Positions 1 through 7,731 of a DNA stretch of 26,400 bases are shown here, one piece after another. Numbering within the stretch: position 1 is the stretch's first letter; every line of letters begins with the position of its first letter. The notes beneath the pieces are model-generated. The model did no database searches and was not told the DNA's origin. It saw only the letters and a list, made by a program, of their open reading frames with translations. A program made the position numbers and the translations under genes. The DNA is from a virus (lineage: Duplodnaviria > Caudoviricetes): the IMG/VR virus record IMGVR_UViG_3300042505_000658, positions 1 to 26,400 of that record; one strand, given 5' to 3'.

Positions 1-71
1 TCAATGATATCGTCCTTATCTTGCATTATGCTTTCATAAGCTTCTTCATTAATTTCATCATCTGATTTCAA
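1..71 (-). CDS. Hypothetical protein, 5' end only (runs off the left edge)
   Basis: Not in the ORF track. TTG at 71-69 overlaps the upstream TGA and has AAGGAGG 7 nt before it; the frame (MKSDDEINEEAYESIMQDKDDII) is open to the edge. Confidence 0.6.
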   Translation of the reverse strand, partial: MKSDDEINEEAYESIMQDKDDII

Positions 72-634
72 GCTCTATCCTCCTTAAGCTTTGGTTTAAT
101 AGATAAAGCTTCCTTTCTATCAAGCCGTGCAAAGTTAAGACTCTTGCCAGCCTTAAGATCTTCTTTCACCAGATCAGACTTCAAAAGCCAAATCACTTTA
201 CATTCACGGTACTTCTCCGGCACTGAGACGATCAGCTCATCAGGGATAAGGTTGCTAGTGCTAAAGCTTTTCTTCATCTGACAGGTCAAAGATGGAGGAT
301 TTAGTTTCTTAGCAAAAGTGCGGTCACTGCCGCGCCATTCGACTTCTGGATAACGCTCAGTTAGCCACATGGCGTACTTTGACAAGGCATCGTGTTTGCG
401 TTCCCATGATTCAGCGGCGTGTTTAAGTGATTCTGCGCGCTCAGAATAGGTTGCAGCATTTTGCTTACAAAGATCCATGAAAGCCAAAAGACGGTCAACC
501 TTAACGTCAATGTCTTTAATCGAACTAAAGTGTGCATCACATTGCTCCGGTGTAATTTCTTCTGAGTTGTCAATTTCTTTTTCTAAGATCTGCAAAGCAG
601 ACATCATCGCCGCCAGGCTTTTATTTTCTGACAT
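68..634 (-). CDS. Siphovirus Gp157-like coiled-coil protein (188 aa)
   Basis: Start moved to ATG 634 (AAGGA RBS). Coiled-coil N-half (IDVKVDRL...ERAESLKHAAESWERK), then KKLNPPSL, VPEKY and VKEDLKAG, as in Gp157-family proteins. Confidence 0.7.
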   Translation of the reverse strand: MSENKSLAAMMSALQILEKEIDNSEEITPEQCDAHFSSIKDIDVKVDRLLAFMDLCKQNAATYSERAESLKHAAESWERKHDALSKYAMWLTERYPEVEWRGSDRTFAKKLNPPSLTCQMKKSFSTSNLIPDELIVSVPEKYRECKVIWLLKSDLVKEDLKAGKSLNFARLDRKEALSIKPKLKEDRA

Positions 635-749
635 CAGATTTTCCTTTCGTCGTCTTACCAATGTATTCACGAAGAGCTAAACGCATGATTCTTGTAAGAC
701 TGCTTTCGTTTTCTTTGGCGTACTTGATTAACTCCCGTTTAAGTTGACG

Positions 750-758
750 TGGTATAAT
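750..758 (+). promoter_or_regulatory. Extended -10 sigma-70-type promoter (TGnTATAAT)
   Basis: TGGTATAAT is an exact extended -10 match, about 78 bp upstream of the peptidase ATG; no matching -35 box at normal spacing. Confidence 0.55.
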
Positions 759-835
759 GACATTAACGCGCTCATAAGGTGTTGGCTCCGCTGGCATATA
801 TGCTCCTATGTTGTTTGAGGGAGAGGATTACTACC

Positions 836-1297
836 ATGTCAAAATCTCAAGTGCAAACTGTTTGTAGAGATGCCACAAAACTTGCACCTTTTCTTGTAGT
901 TAAGTTAAACGCAGCACTAGCCGAATGTATTTCGCTTGGTTATGTCGTCGCTGTATTTGAGGGCTATAGATCGCCTGATAGACAGCAATGGCTGTATGAC
1001 CAGGGCCGCACTAGGGATGGAAAAATAATCACCAATGCACGTCCATACGAATCATTTCATCAATATGGTTTAGCGGTCGATATCGTCGGCTACTACAATA
1101 AGAAATGGGACTGGTCTATTGATTACGATAAAATTACAGAAGTGTTTAAACGTCATGGCTTTAAACCATTGAAGTTTGAAAAGGCTCACTTTCAAATTGA
1201 TGGCGGCTTGACTGCAAAGAAAGCAAAACAGATTTGCAAAGACCAAGGATTACTAGCCTTGTGGAACATTGTTGAGACTAACTTGAGGTTGTCGTAG
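836..1297 (+). CDS. M15-family zinc peptidase (L-Ala-D-Glu peptidase type), probable endolysin (153 aa)
   Basis: EGYRSPDRQQWLYDQGRT, SFHQYGLAVD (SxHxxGxAxD) and EKAHFQ motifs; ATG 836 follows GAGGGAGAGG. Confidence 0.9.
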   Translation: MSKSQVQTVCRDATKLAPFLVVKLNAALAECISLGYVVAVFEGYRSPDRQQWLYDQGRTRDGKIITNARPYESFHQYGLAVDIVGYYNKKWDWSIDYDKITEVFKRHGFKPLKFEKAHFQIDGGLTAKKAKQICKDQGLLALWNIVETNLRLS

Positions 1298-1497
1298 TCG
1301 TACCTATATTTGCACTTGCGGCGTCTTACCCGTCAGGTAATATCACCACATCACCAAGAAAAAACCACCATATCCTGGTCAGATTATGGCGGCTATTGGT
1401 CAACGTTATTGGCGTCGTTGAGTTTCTGAAACCATGGGGTGGTTTCGTATATGAGTGTATCATATCTATTCTACCCCGCAACACAAGGATCGTTGTT

Positions 1498-2280
1498 ATG
1501 GGTAGATTCACAGGCGGTTGGGTAAAGATAAGTCGTAGCTTATGCGATGGCACATATGATGCCACCGACATAGGCATTTTGTTTTGGCTGATCTCTAATG
1601 CCAATTATACGGACGGCAAAGCGTTAGCTAGAAGTGGTCATAAAAGAATCACAGTTAAGCGCGGAAGCCTTGTTACAAGTGTCAAAGAAATGGAGTTAGC
1701 TTTAGGTTGCGCCAGGGGGTTGATACGAAAACGCTTAAAAAATTTTGAAATTGAAGAAATTATAACCATCGAAACAACCAACACAGGATCGATCATAACT
1801 ATCTGTAATTACGACAAATATCAGAGCATGGAAGGTATGGAAGAACCAGCGGTTGAGCCATCGCAGAACCATCGGAGAACCATCGGAGAGCCATCGGAGA
1901 GCCACATATTGAAGAATATAAGAAATAAAGAAAGTAAGAATGAAACAAATACAGAACATAATACCCCAGATAAGGCTGATGAAATAGTAACCATGTGGAA
2001 CAAGGATCTTGCGGGCGTACTTCCCAAGGTGATCAGGCTTACGATGAAACGACGTACGACCCTCAATGCGCAGATCAAGAAGTACCCAGACATTGCTCAT
2101 TGGCAAGACGCCATCACCAAGATCAAGGCTAGTGACTTCCTCACAGGCAAGTCTGGGGTGTGGAAAGCAAACTTTGACTGGATCATGTCCGAGAACAACC
2201 GCATCAAGATCATTGAAGGTAACTACGAAAACAAAACCAAAGAAAAAGAAAAATGGGAAGACAAGGTGAGATGGCTATGA
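1498..2280 (+). CDS. Phage replication initiator / replisome organizer (260 aa)
   Basis: N-terminal GWVKISRSL, KRGSLVTS...LA and ITICNYDKYQ; C-terminal WKANFDWIM...KIIEGNY; internal DNA repeats; directly upstream of the helicase; AAGGA RBS before ATG 1498. Confidence 0.8.
   Translation: MGRFTGGWVKISRSLCDGTYDATDIGILFWLISNANYTDGKALARSGHKRITVKRGSLVTSVKEMELALGCARGLIRKRLKNFEIEEIITIETTNTGSIITICNYDKYQSMEGMEEPAVEPSQNHRRTIGEPSESHILKNIRNKESKNETNTEHNTPDKADEIVTMWNKDLAGVLPKVIRLTMKRRTTLNAQIKKYPDIAHWQDAITKIKASDFLTGKSGVWKANFDWIMSENNRIKIIEGNYENKTKEKEKWEDKVRWL
1843..1963. repeat. 11-bp tandem iterons plus A-rich tract: putative replication origin
   Basis: GAGCCATCGCA, GAACCATCGGA, GAACCATCGGA, GAGCCATCGGA (1855-1898) with degenerate copies at 1843 and 1899, followed by an A-rich stretch (1911-1963) inside the initiator gene. 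Confidence 0.75.
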
Positions 2281-3542
2281 ACTACGAATTTCAAGATCAA
2301 ATCCTTGGCATGGTTTTATCTCAGCACAAAAGGTATTGGCCTGAAGTATGCCATCACTGGAAGCCTGAGATGTTTGGAGACTTCGAAAGAATCAAAATTG
2401 CTTTCGCTATCAAGACTCTCAGTGATCAGGGCACAGAAGTAAACTACGCGACGGTGAGAGAAAGCTTAGGCGGTGAATGTGCAGGACTTCTTATCCAGCT
2501 TATCAAGACATCCATGCTTGAAGTAAACATTGATTGGTTCATGTCTCAGCTCACAAGCTGGTATAACGTGAAGCAAGTAGTTCTTAACCTATCTGATCTT
2601 TCTCAGCAGATTATAAAAGCAAACTACTCAGACGCTGTAGAGCCAGTTATCTCAGAACTAAAAAACATTGCCGACAAAACTGAGCGCATGAGCGTCATAT
2701 CTCAGAAATTTCCAGAGATGCCCGCGATGATAGAAAGCGCGGCAGATCGCATAGAACAAAGAATCACCATGAACGCACAAGGTAAACCTAGAGGCGTATC
2801 AATGGGACTTACTAAGCTTGATGCTTACATCGCTGGCCTTGTCGGTGGACGATTCTACATCGTCGCTGCTAGGACATCAGTGGGCAAGACAAGCTTCGCC
2901 ACCTGGATGGCACTACAAGCAATGAAGCAAGGCAAGAGGCCATTATTTTTTAGCAACGAAATGGACAAGGAAGACATCATCGAAAAGTTTATTGCGGCAG
3001 AAGCTAAAGTCGGCACACACAAGTTTCAGACAGGTAATCTGACCGACGAAGATCTTACACGCTTCATGGCAGCATCAAACGATCTTGCAAAGTATAATAT
3101 CTCCATCGATGAAAAGTCTGGGTGGGATCTTGATGAGCTTCTAACAACGGTCTACCGCCAGCACAGAGATGGTAAGTGCGACATGGTTTTTGTTGACTAC
3201 TTGCAGCAAGTTCGTGTTAAATCTTCTAAGAGCAAATACGAACAAGTAAGTACGGTATCTGACGCCATGAAGCGTCTTAGCAGGGATCTAAACATTCCTG
3301 TCGTAGGACTAGCGCAAATTAACCGTGAGGCTGAGAAGGGTGGCAAGGAAGATTTACCATCTCTTAGCCAGCTCAAAGACTCTGGAAGCTTAGAACAGGA
3401 TGCGGACGTTGTTATGATTCTTCACAAGCGCGACATTGCAGACTCTGAGGTGGCTCTTAGCATAAGCAAAAATCGCTACGGCATGACAGGCGTTACAAAG
3501 CTTCGGCACATTCACCACTTTAATATTTACGAAGAGGCGTGA
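2277..3542 (+). CDS. dnaB: DnaB-like replicative helicase (421 aa)
   Basis: Walker A AARTSVGKTS, FFSNEM, Walker B VFVDYLQ, LAQINR, LKDSGSLEQDAD, KNRYG; ATGA overlap with the initiator stop. Confidence 0.95.
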   Translation: MNYEFQDQILGMVLSQHKRYWPEVCHHWKPEMFGDFERIKIAFAIKTLSDQGTEVNYATVRESLGGECAGLLIQLIKTSMLEVNIDWFMSQLTSWYNVKQVVLNLSDLSQQIIKANYSDAVEPVISELKNIADKTERMSVISQKFPEMPAMIESAADRIEQRITMNAQGKPRGVSMGLTKLDAYIAGLVGGRFYIVAARTSVGKTSFATWMALQAMKQGKRPLFFSNEMDKEDIIEKFIAAEAKVGTHKFQTGNLTDEDLTRFMAASNDLAKYNISIDEKSGWDLDELLTTVYRQHRDGKCDMVFVDYLQQVRVKSSKSKYEQVSTVSDAMKRLSRDLNIPVVGLAQINREAEKGGKEDLPSLSQLKDSGSLEQDADVVMILHKRDIADSEVALSISKNRYGMTGVTKLRHIHHFNIYEEA

Positions 3543-3880
3543 TGAAAGCCCCATCAATGTCAGAAGCCGGTTACTGGTATGATCCGCTTGAATACATTTG
3601 GTGGGTGTATCGTGATGGCGATCCTGTTGAATACGGCTTCATCTGTCCTCACTGCCAAAAGCGTTACGGAGAAAAGAAAGATTACATCATGGTGGAAAGA
3701 TGTTCGGATTGTCCTCCGTACTACCCAGGCATGGAAATAAGCTGGGACATAAACAGGGCGACAAAAAAACGATTACAGCAACTAGGTTACTTTAACGGAC
3801 CGCCAAGAGGCGGCAGGAAAAAGAAGGAAAAGCAAAATGAAACTGTTCAGTTGGTCAAAGAGACAATGCAAGACTTGTGA
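3539..3880 (+). CDS. Hypothetical protein with a putative zinc ribbon
   Basis: GTGA overlap with the helicase stop and GAGG RBS; CPHC and CSDC pairs; basic tail. Confidence 0.65.
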   Translation: MMKAPSMSEAGYWYDPLEYIWWVYRDGDPVEYGFICPHCQKRYGEKKDYIMVERCSDCPPYYPGMEISWDINRATKKRLQQLGYFNGPPRGGRKKKEKQNETVQLVKETMQDL

Positions 3881-4073
3881 TGACTGCAAAAAACAAATCA
3901 TGAGACTAGAAAAAGCATTAGCTGAAAGCGTAGAAGTGCAGGTTGATGTTGTTACACAATGTCGAAAAGGACTTGAACAACTTGATGCACGTTTAAAAAA
4001 ACTTGAAGCGAAAAAAAAACCTTCACCCAAAAAGCAAAGGCCACAGCCCGTGTTCAAGCGCAAGCACAATTGA
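3837..4073 (+). CDS. Hypothetical small coiled-coil protein (CxxCxxC, basic C-terminus)
   Basis: AAGGA RBS before ATG 3837; continues the operon direction. Confidence 0.55.
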   Translation: MKLFSWSKRQCKTCDDCKKQIMRLEKALAESVEVQVDVVTQCRKGLEQLDARLKKLEAKKKPSPKKQRPQPVFKRKHN

Positions 4074-4328
4074 TTCTTCTTTGCTAAGGCTAAGTCCTTC
4101 ACCAGCACCTGAGAAGTATAACGCCGCGTGGATACATTCATGAAGCAGCGTTTGCTTCCAGTTGCTGCCCTTCAAAATGTAAATGGTTTTTGTCTCACCG
4201 TTAAACGCGCCAAGTAATTCTTCAGCATCATCTTCCAAGTAAGCAACGACCTTCACTGTGACCTTCTGGCCGCAGACCATCACAGATCTTGGTGGACGCT
4301 TTAAACTAAATACTGACCTGTTCGCCAT
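4023..4328 (-). CDS. Small HExxH zincin-like metallopeptidase (101 aa)
   Basis: LLGAFNGETKTIYI...QTLLHECIHAAL...EE pattern; start taken at ATG 4328, overlapping the phosphoesterase end. Confidence 0.7.
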   Translation of the reverse strand: MANRSVFSLKRPPRSVMVCGQKVTVKVVAYLEDDAEELLGAFNGETKTIYILKGSNWKQTLLHECIHAALYFSGAGEGLSLSKEESIVLALEHGLWPLLFG

Positions 4329-5043
4329 ATACCACCGCTCTTCCGTCATTGACTTCGATGACATCTAGTTTTGTTTTACCTTTGTGATCGACATGAAGAA
4401 GTCCCATGCACTGCTTCCATCCTGTTGGCGTCGGCTGATGAGCTGTGTCGTTCTCATCACTGCCATGTCCAAGTGAGCAAGCCCAGTGTGTGCCGTCATG
4501 AATAAACTGCAACCTGTGTGTGTGGCCAAAGATTACGTTGGTGCGGTACTTCTGCAAGCACGTTGCAGCGACGTGTTGATTAAAATAAAAACCATGCATC
4601 AACACGCAGTCACCAATCTGACAAGAATTCCATTTGTGATAGGGATGCCAGTGCCAGTGGTGTTGACCAACTTTGTTTCTGATGTCGATTCCAAGCAAAG
4701 TTTTCCAGTCTGGCACAAGACCGTGAAGATCGCGGCAGTGAGAAGCAATGTACCTGGACAAACGATTTTCGTGGTTACCCTCTAGCAAGTGAATGTGTGA
4801 ATGTGGCTTGAGATGTCTTGCCCATTCGTTGAGGATTTGTTTGTAGTCTTCGATGTCTTCGGCAAGTAAGTTTCTGCGGGATGGATCTTTGGAGTAGGCG
4901 GAGATCTGGAAGGCGTCTAGTGCATCACCAAGTTGGACTAACCCGTCGGGGTTTATGTGCTTGATGATCTTGGTCACCAGCTTGATGTACTTTCGGCAGT
5001 GAAACGGGACGTGAATGTCTGGCAAAACTAAGAAGGTCTTCAT
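4306..5043 (-). CDS. Calcineurin-like metallophosphoesterase (245 aa)
   Basis: All five motifs present: PDIH, LGDALD, EGNHE, MHG, GHTH; ATG 5043 follows GGGGG. Confidence 0.92.
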   Translation of the reverse strand: MKTFLVLPDIHVPFHCRKYIKLVTKIIKHINPDGLVQLGDALDAFQISAYSKDPSRRNLLAEDIEDYKQILNEWARHLKPHSHIHLLEGNHENRLSRYIASHCRDLHGLVPDWKTLLGIDIRNKVGQHHWHWHPYHKWNSCQIGDCVLMHGFYFNQHVAATCLQKYRTNVIFGHTHRLQFIHDGTHWACSLGHGSDENDTAHQPTPTGWKQCMGLLHVDHKGKTKLDVIEVNDGRAVVYGEQVSI

Positions 5044-5444
5044 CAATGGCCCCCAAGGTATGTCAGTTTGCCTAAGTCTAGCACATCTTGGTGAAACTAT
5101 AGGCATTTGTGGTAGGGCAATATTTGGAATCGTTTAAATCAATTCTGATGCGTTTCAAATGTTTTTGGAGTCTATGTATTAGAAAACTGTTTTGTGAGAT
5201 TCTAGGCCAGTCTGAGGGCTTTTAAATTATGGTCAGGTTTATTACTTCAAATCCCAAAATGGATTTTGGATTTTCAAAAACCAAATTTCAAAATCCCAAA
5301 CAGCCCTATAGGGAGTTTTTTCCAGCTTTAAAAAAAGGAAAAATTTTGGGCGCGCGTGAGCGTGCGGCGGTAAGGCATTGATATCCCGTAGCCTGCAGTT
5401 TTCACTGGGTTTTTTGTGGTTTTCGTTAACCACACCATACATGA

Positions 5445-5460
5445 TGCAATGCCCGCGCCA
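5445..5460 (-). promoter_or_regulatory. Sigma-54 (-24/-12) promoter P1, leftward
   Basis: Minus strand TGGCGCGGGCATTGCA has GG-N10-GC and TTGCA, matching TGGCACG-N4-TTGCW with 1 mismatch. Confidence 0.75.
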
Positions 5461-5465
5461 AGTCG

Positions 5466-5478
5466 TAAGTGCTTGATT
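5466..5478 (-). promoter_or_regulatory. IHF binding site
   Basis: Minus strand AATCAAGCACTTA is an exact WATCAA-N4-TTR match, 5 bp upstream of P1. Confidence 0.7.
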
Positions 5479-5502
5479 TTACTAGAGCACCATCCTGCCA
5501 AG

Positions 5503-5539
5503 TGTCAGGTTTTTAGACAAACTGTCAAATGATTATACA
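5503..5539. promoter_or_regulatory. Tandem TGT-N11-ACA palindromes (putative enhancer sites)
   Basis: TGTCAGGTTTTTAGACA (5503-5519) and TGTCAAATGATTATACA (5523-5539), 20 bp apart, centred between P1 and P2. Confidence 0.65.
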
Positions 5540-5563
5540 CACAAAACACCCGCAGCCCTTGCG

Positions 5564-5576
5564 GTTCAATGGTTTG
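5564..5576 (+). promoter_or_regulatory. Degenerate IHF site
   Basis: GTTCAATGGTTTG (TCAA-N4-TTG core, 2 mismatches), 5 bp upstream of P2 and 24 bp from the palindrome. Confidence 0.5.
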
Positions 5577-5581
5577 TCGCT

Positions 5582-5597
5582 TGGCACGATGCATGCA
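5582..5597 (+). promoter_or_regulatory. Sigma-54 (-24/-12) promoter P2, rightward into the small-gene cluster
   Basis: TGGCACGATGCATGCA has a perfect TGGCACG and GG-N10-GC spacing; predicted +1 near 5608, about 43 nt before ATG 5651. Confidence 0.75.
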
Positions 5598-5650
5598 CTA
5601 ACGGCTATATCCCGTCGATGGTCGACCGGAACAAACAAAGGAAAAGCATC

Positions 5651-5917
5651 ATGGACATCAAAGCAAAAGCAATTAAGGCTCAAACTATCAGGGAACAAGT
5701 AAAAGCACTAGAGAATGAACTATCGCCCATACTAGACGAAATTAAAGGTTTTATGGGAGATCAAACCGTAGTCACTTTAGGCGATATCGTTTTGATTCTA
5801 TCTGAGGTCACTAGGACTGACTTGGACAAAAAAGCACTAACCGTTGAACTAGGTGACGCCATAAAGCGGTTTGAGAAAAAAACTGCTTACAAAAAACTAG
5901 AAATCAAGAGGGCGTGA
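5651..5917 (+). CDS. Hypothetical protein (88 aa; coiled coil plus DLDKKAL motif)
   Basis: AAAGGA RBS before ATG 5651; first gene after P2. Confidence 0.75.
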   Translation: MDIKAKAIKAQTIREQVKALENELSPILDEIKGFMGDQTVVTLGDIVLILSEVTRTDLDKKALTVELGDAIKRFEKKTAYKKLEIKRA

Positions 5918-5919
5918 TC

Positions 5920-6048
5920 ATGGCCAAAATAATTAACTTCTATGACTACGTTTATAAAACAGTCGCGCCAATAGTAGCAGAAAAAACTAAAACCAAAAAA
6001 CCTAAGAAACAAAAACGCAAACCATACATTGAAGGGGTACCTTTCTAA
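5920..6048 (+). CDS. Small basic hypothetical protein (42 aa), absent from the ORF track
   Basis: MAKIINFYDYVYKTVAPIVAEKTKTKKPKKQKRKPYIEGVPF; GAGGG RBS; fills the gap exactly and ends in a TAATG overlap with the next start. Confidence 0.7.
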   Translation: MAKIINFYDYVYKTVAPIVAEKTKTKKPKKQKRKPYIEGVPF

Positions 6049-6743
6049 TGAAACTACTGACACCAGAAATCAGCTCTCCAAAATTAGCTAAGAGTGAAAG
6101 CGACAAATATCTAACGGCTATCTTATATCTAGCGGGTGCTGCAGACCATCGTCTATGCCCGGCTAGTACGGAAGGGTGTCGCGCTCACTGTTTAGTCACT
6201 GAAAGCGGCCGCGGTATAATGGAAACGGTTAGGTTAGCGCGTCAACAAAGGACTAATTTTCTTTTCAACAATCGCTCCGGTTTTATGTATATCCTGGCAA
6301 AAGATATCCGCGCCTTAATTAAAAAGGCTAAGAAGCTAGGGAAAATGCCATGTGTCCGACTAAACGGCGGCAGCGATCTAGACTGGTCAGACGTCTATAC
6401 GTCTTTTCCTGATGTGCTTTTTTGGGAGTATACGAAACGGCCTGACCTTGCTGTCAAAAACCATCGTTTGCTCAATGTTCACATGACCTATAGCTATAAC
6501 GAAAACACTAGCACGCGCGTTATGGCTGATATTTTAGACCGTGGCATAAACGTCGCTATGGTTTTTGATATTTGGTCACGTCACGGTGGAGCGTTACCTG
6601 ACCGTGTTGGTACTGTACCGGTTATAGACGGCGATATATCTGATTTACGTTTCCTTGACCCTAAGGGCGTTATCGTCGGACTAAGACTAAAATCAGCAAA
6701 AAAACCTCAACCATCGACCACCAATTTTCTACGAAAGGCATAA
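6048..6743 (+). CDS. GP88-like phage protein (231 aa)
   Basis: LCPASTEGCRAHCL (Cx6Cx3C), SGRG, VRLNGGSDLDW, EYTK, NVAMVF and IDGDISDLRFLDPKGVIVGL, recognised as the GP88 pattern. Confidence 0.8.
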   Translation: MKLLTPEISSPKLAKSESDKYLTAILYLAGAADHRLCPASTEGCRAHCLVTESGRGIMETVRLARQQRTNFLFNNRSGFMYILAKDIRALIKKAKKLGKMPCVRLNGGSDLDWSDVYTSFPDVLFWEYTKRPDLAVKNHRLLNVHMTYSYNENTSTRVMADILDRGINVAMVFDIWSRHGGALPDRVGTVPVIDGDISDLRFLDPKGVIVGLRLKSAKKPQPSTTNFLRKA

Positions 6744-6745
6744 CC

Positions 6746-7090
6746 ATGTTGACCACTATCAAACTAAACAACAAAACAGGACTCCTGGTAAGAAATACAC
6801 TAAGGCTAGAAACGAGTAAATGCATAACGAGCAAACAATTGACCACTATGGCTAGTGTCTGTTCAGTTGAGGGAAACATCTTACAGTTTGTCATGTTTAC
6901 TGATTATCTAAAATCAGTCATTAGGACAGACAAACGCGCGACCAAGAAAAATATAGCTGAACAGCATCAGAAAGCACTAAACCAATTGGCCATTATCATG
7001 GTTGAAGCTATAGCGCATTATCAGCAAAAAAATATGACGCTAGATATAGACTGCAATGTTTTCAGCACTACAAATAACTATGTGAGGTGA
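6746..7090 (+). CDS. Hypothetical protein (114 aa)
   Basis: Starts 2 bp after the previous stop; AAGG RBS. Confidence 0.75.
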   Translation: MLTTIKLNNKTGLLVRNTLRLETSKCITSKQLTTMASVCSVEGNILQFVMFTDYLKSVIRTDKRATKKNIAEQHQKALNQLAIIMVEAIAHYQQKNMTLDIDCNVFSTTNNYVR

Positions 7091-7093
7091 AAC

Positions 7094-7339
7094 ATGAAAC
7101 AAGTAAACGACCACATGGCTCAAACTATCTTTAAAAATATCCTTAGAGACTTCTGTTCTATGACGATGTTTTGTAGCGTTACTGGAGAGATATTAGATTA
7201 TCGTGACGCGGTTATATTAAAACAGGGCGATAGTGAACAGGTTATAAGTAAGTCAGGCCTGAAAGCACTAATTAAAAAACACGGCGCGGAGAAAGTAAAC
7301 GCGTTAGTGGCGACGCCAGAAACTTATTTTAAGGGGTGA
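7094..7339 (+). CDS. Hypothetical protein (81 aa)
   Basis: GAGGTG RBS, tight packing. Confidence 0.75.
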   Translation: MKQVNDHMAQTIFKNILRDFCSMTMFCSVTGEILDYRDAVILKQGDSEQVISKSGLKALIKKHGAEKVNALVATPETYFKG

Positions 7340-7342
7340 AAC

Positions 7343-7714
7343 ATGAAAATAAAACCAACACAAAATAACGATAGCAGTTGGGATCTAAGCAAACAGTCTA
7401 AAGAGTGGAAAATTAGGTACATAAAAATTAAGTGTAAGAAGGATGTTCGATGGGTGTCTAATTGGTTTGTTGAATACATTGACGGATATCATGACTGGAA
7501 TAGATGCTTTCAACCACCGCCAATAGAAACATGGCTGAAACATCGCGGCATAAAACTAAAAACATCAAACGACCTAATGGACAACTTTAAAAATAAAAAT
7601 CAAGGTGCCGGTCATTTTTTGGAACATCTAGAATACTGCAGATATTTTCATGAAATGAACGACATCGAACATGACAGAAAATTAGGCGTTAAGTTTCCTG
7701 TTTGTGTTAAATAA
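7343..7714 (+). CDS. Hypothetical protein (123 aa)
   Basis: GGGGTG RBS, tight packing. Confidence 0.7.
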   Translation: MKIKPTQNNDSSWDLSKQSKEWKIRYIKIKCKKDVRWVSNWFVEYIDGYHDWNRCFQPPPIETWLKHRGIKLKTSNDLMDNFKNKNQGAGHFLEHLEYCRYFHEMNDIEHDRKLGVKFPVCVK

Positions 7715-7731
7715 AACTAAAAGGGTGAAAC

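Noticed and set aside
1400-1446. Two small hairpins upstream of the initiator (TCAACG/CGTTGA, GAAACCA/TGGTTTC)
   Set aside because: The 6-7-bp stems have no T tail and match no RNA family I recognise; insufficient support.
1326-1604. 92-aa minus ORF and the GTG 1396 extension of the initiator
   Set aside because: The ORF is antisense to the initiator; RBS and family pattern favour ATG 1498.
1855-1909. Tandem repeats as a CRISPR array
   Set aside because: The units are 11 bp with no spacers and no cas genes; iterons explain them better.
5242-5442. 66-aa minus-strand ORF
   Set aside because: Its ATG lies upstream of the predicted P1 start (about 5434), it has no RBS, and it translates low-complexity A/T tracts.
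5486-5500. Possible extra sigma-54 box TGGCAGGATGGTGCT (minus strand)
   Set aside because: Spacing is GG-N9-GC; RpoN requires N10.
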